DNA from: an uncultured Chloroflexia bacterium
GTDB lineage: Bacteria; Chloroflexota; Chloroflexia; Thermomicrobiales; UBA6265
DNA length: 64,000 nt
Assembly (NCBI GenBank): GCA_963724295.1
Contig: CAVRUC010000010.1
Span: 1 to 64,000 of the forward strand
Direction of reading: 5' to 3'
The translations under genes and the position numbers were made by a program. The notes beneath the pieces are model-generated. The model saw only the letters and a list, made by a program, of their open reading frames with translations. It did not search any database and was not told the origin of the DNA. This document shows positions 61,092 to 64,000 of this stretch, one piece after another (positions within the stretch are counted from its first letter, which is position 1; every line of letters starts with the position of its first letter).

Positions 61092-62264
61092 GTGGCGGGG
61101 AGTTCCGGTGCCGCAGATCGGCCAGCCTGGCATACCGACGACTATCCTGAGCTGCGCTCCGCCCCGCCGTGGGTCATGGAGGAGATGGTCGCTTCCCAAC
61201 CCGGGCTGGTCGCGCCGATCGTCGCTGACCAGCAGGCCAGGGTCCTGGCCCAGGTGATCCTCGACGTCGACGAGAGCGGAGAGCCAATTGTCGTTACCGG
61301 ATGTGGCACGAGCGAGCACGGCGCCATGGCCATCGCCGAACTGCTCGATGTCGCGCTCCGGCAGCGTGGCGCTCGTGGAGGCCGGGTCGAAGCCCGCCAG
61401 GCCCTCGAGGCCGCGCTCGATCCGCGCCCGGGCGGACTCTGCATCGCGGTGACGGAGAGCGGAGGCACCAGAGCGACGCTGCTCGCCATAGAGTCCGCGC
61501 GCGACGCCGGATCAGCCATCGCCGCAATCACCGCAAACCCCGATGGCGCGGTCATCTCCACCGTGGACGTGGTCATGGTCACACCGCAACGCGACAAATC
61601 GTGGTGCCACACGGTCGCCTACACCTCAGCCATTCTGGCTGGAGCTGCGCTTGCCGCCGAGATCGCCGAGGTCGACCTGGATGGCAACGAGATCGCTGAC
61701 TGGTTGGGGCAGGCAGTCGCACCGGGCGGTGTTGAGCGCGCGATTGCGGACGCGATGCGCGATCTGACCGTGCTTCAGATCGTCGGCAGCGGGGCCGACC
61801 GTATAACCGCGCGGGAGCTTGCCCTCAAGCTCGAAGAGGGGGCTCACCGTCCCGCGGTCGCTCGCGACCTGGAAACCCTGCTGCACGGCCATTTCGTTGC
61901 CTGCGGTCCTGATACCGGGCTGATCGCGATCCTTACCGACGACCGCGGTGGAGAACGCCGGTGGCGTCGAGCGGCGCGGGGTATGGAAGCTGCCGCACGG
62001 CTCGGCATGCCCGCCGCCGGGATTTTCTCGCCCGCCGCCGCCCGCGCAACTCCCGAAAACCTGACTCCAGCCGGACGGATCGTCCTCCCCACTGGCGCTG
62101 ATGCACTACCTCCCCTGCGCGCGTTCCTCGGCGGAGCCGCTGCGCTGCAGCGCCTCACCCTGGCCATGGCGGCCGAAGCCGGCGTGAATCCGGACCTCAT
62201 CCGGCGCGAGGAGGCCCCCTACCGCGACGCCGCGGCGCTTGTCGAGAACCGGCAGGATTGGTAA
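61092..62264 (+). CDS. SIS-domain protein (GlmS/AgaS-like sugar-phosphate isomerase/deaminase)
   Basis: RBS AGGAGGAG; TGCGTSEH, ESGGT, ELALKLEE, GVNPD. Confidence 0.85.
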   Translation: MAGSSGAADRPAWHTDDYPELRSAPPWVMEEMVASQPGLVAPIVADQQARVLAQVILDVDESGEPIVVTGCGTSEHGAMAIAELLDVALRQRGARGGRVEARQALEAALDPRPGGLCIAVTESGGTRATLLAIESARDAGSAIAAITANPDGAVISTVDVVMVTPQRDKSWCHTVAYTSAILAGAALAAEIAEVDLDGNEIADWLGQAVAPGGVERAIADAMRDLTVLQIVGSGADRITARELALKLEEGAHRPAVARDLETLLHGHFVACGPDTGLIAILTDDRGGERRWRRAARGMEAAARLGMPAAGIFSPAAARATPENLTPAGRIVLPTGADALPPLRAFLGGAAALQRLTLAMAAEAGVNPDLIRREEAPYRDAAALVENRQDW

Positions 62265-62283
62265 GGAGTGTGGCGTAACGCCG

Positions 62284-64000
62284 TCACCTGATCGGCTGGA
62301 CGCGTACGGCGCCGCTCGACAGCGTTCCCTCGGTCACGATCAGACCGACACCACCCGCCGGCAATGGATCGATGTCGTCGAGGATGTCGGCAACCGTTGC
62401 TCCATCGATCTCACCAACAATGCGGTTCCCTCGCACCGTCAGCGACAAACGATAGCGGCGGTCCAGCTCAACGACGAAAGGGTGCTCGGCGAGGATCGTG
62501 ATGGCCTCGCGGTCTTTCACCAGTCGCGCCATTCCGTCATCACAGAGCATCAATGCGTACCAGCGACGCATCCCGCCGACCCGTGCCGCGATGCCGCCCT
62601 GTTGGGCCAGCATGATCGACACGTCAGCCGTAACCCGGTAGTCGGTCCAATCCGCGGTGCCCTGGCTGATCAGTCCCGTTCCGTGGTTCTGAGAAATGCG
62701 GTAGGGCTCCAGCCAGCGTCCTTCGAACTGCTCGACTCCATCTACCCATGCCCGCCGCCACATCTCGCCCGCGGCTTCCGGTCGGCGCAGCTCGACGTCT
62801 GGAGCGCCATCCCAGGTCAGCCAGTCGAGATAGGCGGCCCCCGCGCCAGCCTCGGCCGGCTCCACGGCGATCCCGACCTCGGCCACTGGCGCCCCACCGA
62901 GATCGGGAATGCGCCAGGCGAGCACGGCGTCCCGGCCAGGTAAGAGGGCTTCGGGCGAGCCCGCCAGGGTCTGCAGCTCATCCCGTTCGCCGTAGTAGCG
63001 GATCAGGAGCCGGGCCTCGACCGGTCCGGCGTTGCCTGGATGGGCGACGAGACGCGCGCGGACCTCCTGCCCGGGATAGAGCGTCGGGGATGCCAGGAGC
63101 GCATAGCTCCCCGGCATCACGATCGCCTCCGGCGGGATGAATGTCGGTGTCGAGGCGACGACGGGGTTGTCCGGTCGCTCGTCGGTCCAGCGCACGGCGA
63201 GCGTGCGGGTACCGGCTTGACTCTGCTCGGCGACGTTGTCCAGGGTGACCGACGGATGGTCGCCCTGGAACCCCTGCACGGCTCCCGGCAGCTCGAAGTG
63301 GAACCGGGCGCCGTCCTTCGGCGCCAGTGGCGGCTCCCCGGCCAGGGCGCGTCCGATGTTCACGACCTCGTACGTCTCGATCACCGCGTCGGTTATGGCT
63401 CGGCCGCCGTCCGCAGTTGCCAGGTACATGCGATCGGCGATCGGACCGCGCCAGTCATACGGGGAGGAATCGATCCCTTCCAGTCCGTTCTTGATACCGA
63501 GCAGGGCCCCGACATTACCCGCGTTGCAGTCCGTGTCCCAACCGGCGGTGTTGACGATCATCAGCGATTTGCCGAAGTCATCATCGCCATAGAGCAGCGC
63601 CATGATGATCAAGGCGTGGTTCGGCACCATGTGACAGGCGCCGATGTACTTGTCGTAGCCGTAGTTGGCCGCGATCTTCTCTCGCGTCGTCCGCCAGTCG
63701 GGCTCGGCCGCGTGCCACTCCCGGATATCGGCGATGAGCCGGGCGATGGTCGAGTCGGCGGGAATCAGGCTGACGGCGACGTCGATGAGGCGCTCCAGAT
63801 CCGGTTCGACGAACGCCTGCGCCTCCATGGCCGCGATCACCTGGGCGCCGTAGATTGCCTCACCGTCGTGACTGACGCTCCCCGCACGTCGGGCAAAGTC
63901 GGCGGCGCGCTCAGGATCGCCCGGCACGATCATGCCCCAGCCGTCGATGAAGATCTGGGAGCCGATCTGCTCGGCGATGGTCGTGCCGTTCAGCTCGATC
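62284..64000 (-). CDS. ADP-ribosylglycohydrolase family protein (5' end outside window)
   Basis: EQIGSQIFIDGWG, SVSHDGEA, GWDTDCNAGNVG. Confidence 0.88.
   Translation of the reverse strand, partial: IELNGTTIAEQIGSQIFIDGWGMIVPGDPERAADFARRAGSVSHDGEAIYGAQVIAAMEAQAFVEPDLERLIDVAVSLIPADSTIARLIADIREWHAAEPDWRTTREKIAANYGYDKYIGACHMVPNHALIIMALLYGDDDFGKSLMIVNTAGWDTDCNAGNVGALLGIKNGLEGIDSSPYDWRGPIADRMYLATADGGRAITDAVIETYEVVNIGRALAGEPPLAPKDGARFHFELPGAVQGFQGDHPSVTLDNVAEQSQAGTRTLAVRWTDERPDNPVVASTPTFIPPEAIVMPGSYALLASPTLYPGQEVRARLVAHPGNAGPVEARLLIRYYGERDELQTLAGSPEALLPGRDAVLAWRIPDLGGAPVAEVGIAVEPAEAGAGAAYLDWLTWDGAPDVELRRPEAAGEMWRRAWVDGVEQFEGRWLEPYRISQNHGTGLISQGTADWTDYRVTADVSIMLAQQGGIAARVGGMRRWYALMLCDDGMARLVKDREAITILAEHPFVVELDRRYRLSLTVRGNRIVGEIDGATVADILDDIDPLPAGGVGLIVTEGTLSSGAVRVQPIR

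Overview
GC-rich bacterial chromosomal segment, most likely from Chloroflexota (Thermomicrobiales-like). That assignment is inferred from protein style (e.g. secreted proteins with 'AQ(D/E)ATP...ATP' motifs), not from a database search. The first ~11.6 kb is an accessory region: a lectin-like beta-propeller protein, three gene remnants, and a cluster of paralogous AMP-forming ligases that includes an unusual carrier protein-thioesterase-adenylation (T-TE-A) enzyme. The middle holds a molybdopterin oxidoreductase/FNR/DUF6510 trio, a copper amine oxidase, GMC oxidoreductase plus HD hydrolase, and housekeeping genes (rplS-rnhB-yraN, moaB, hisS, a galK-like kinase, moaA, ltaE, an NCS2 permease). 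The last 20 kb holds a five-gene split urea-carboxylase/5-oxoprolinase-like operon, a TorT-like ABC transporter operon, a large secreted Gly/Asn-repeat protein with a possible structured leader, and an amidohydrolase-deacetylase-SIS cluster facing a partial ADP-ribosylglycohydrolase gene. At least eight single-base frameshifts interrupt otherwise intact genes, which suggests long-read indel errors. No rRNA, tRNA, CRISPR array, transposase or integrase was recognised.
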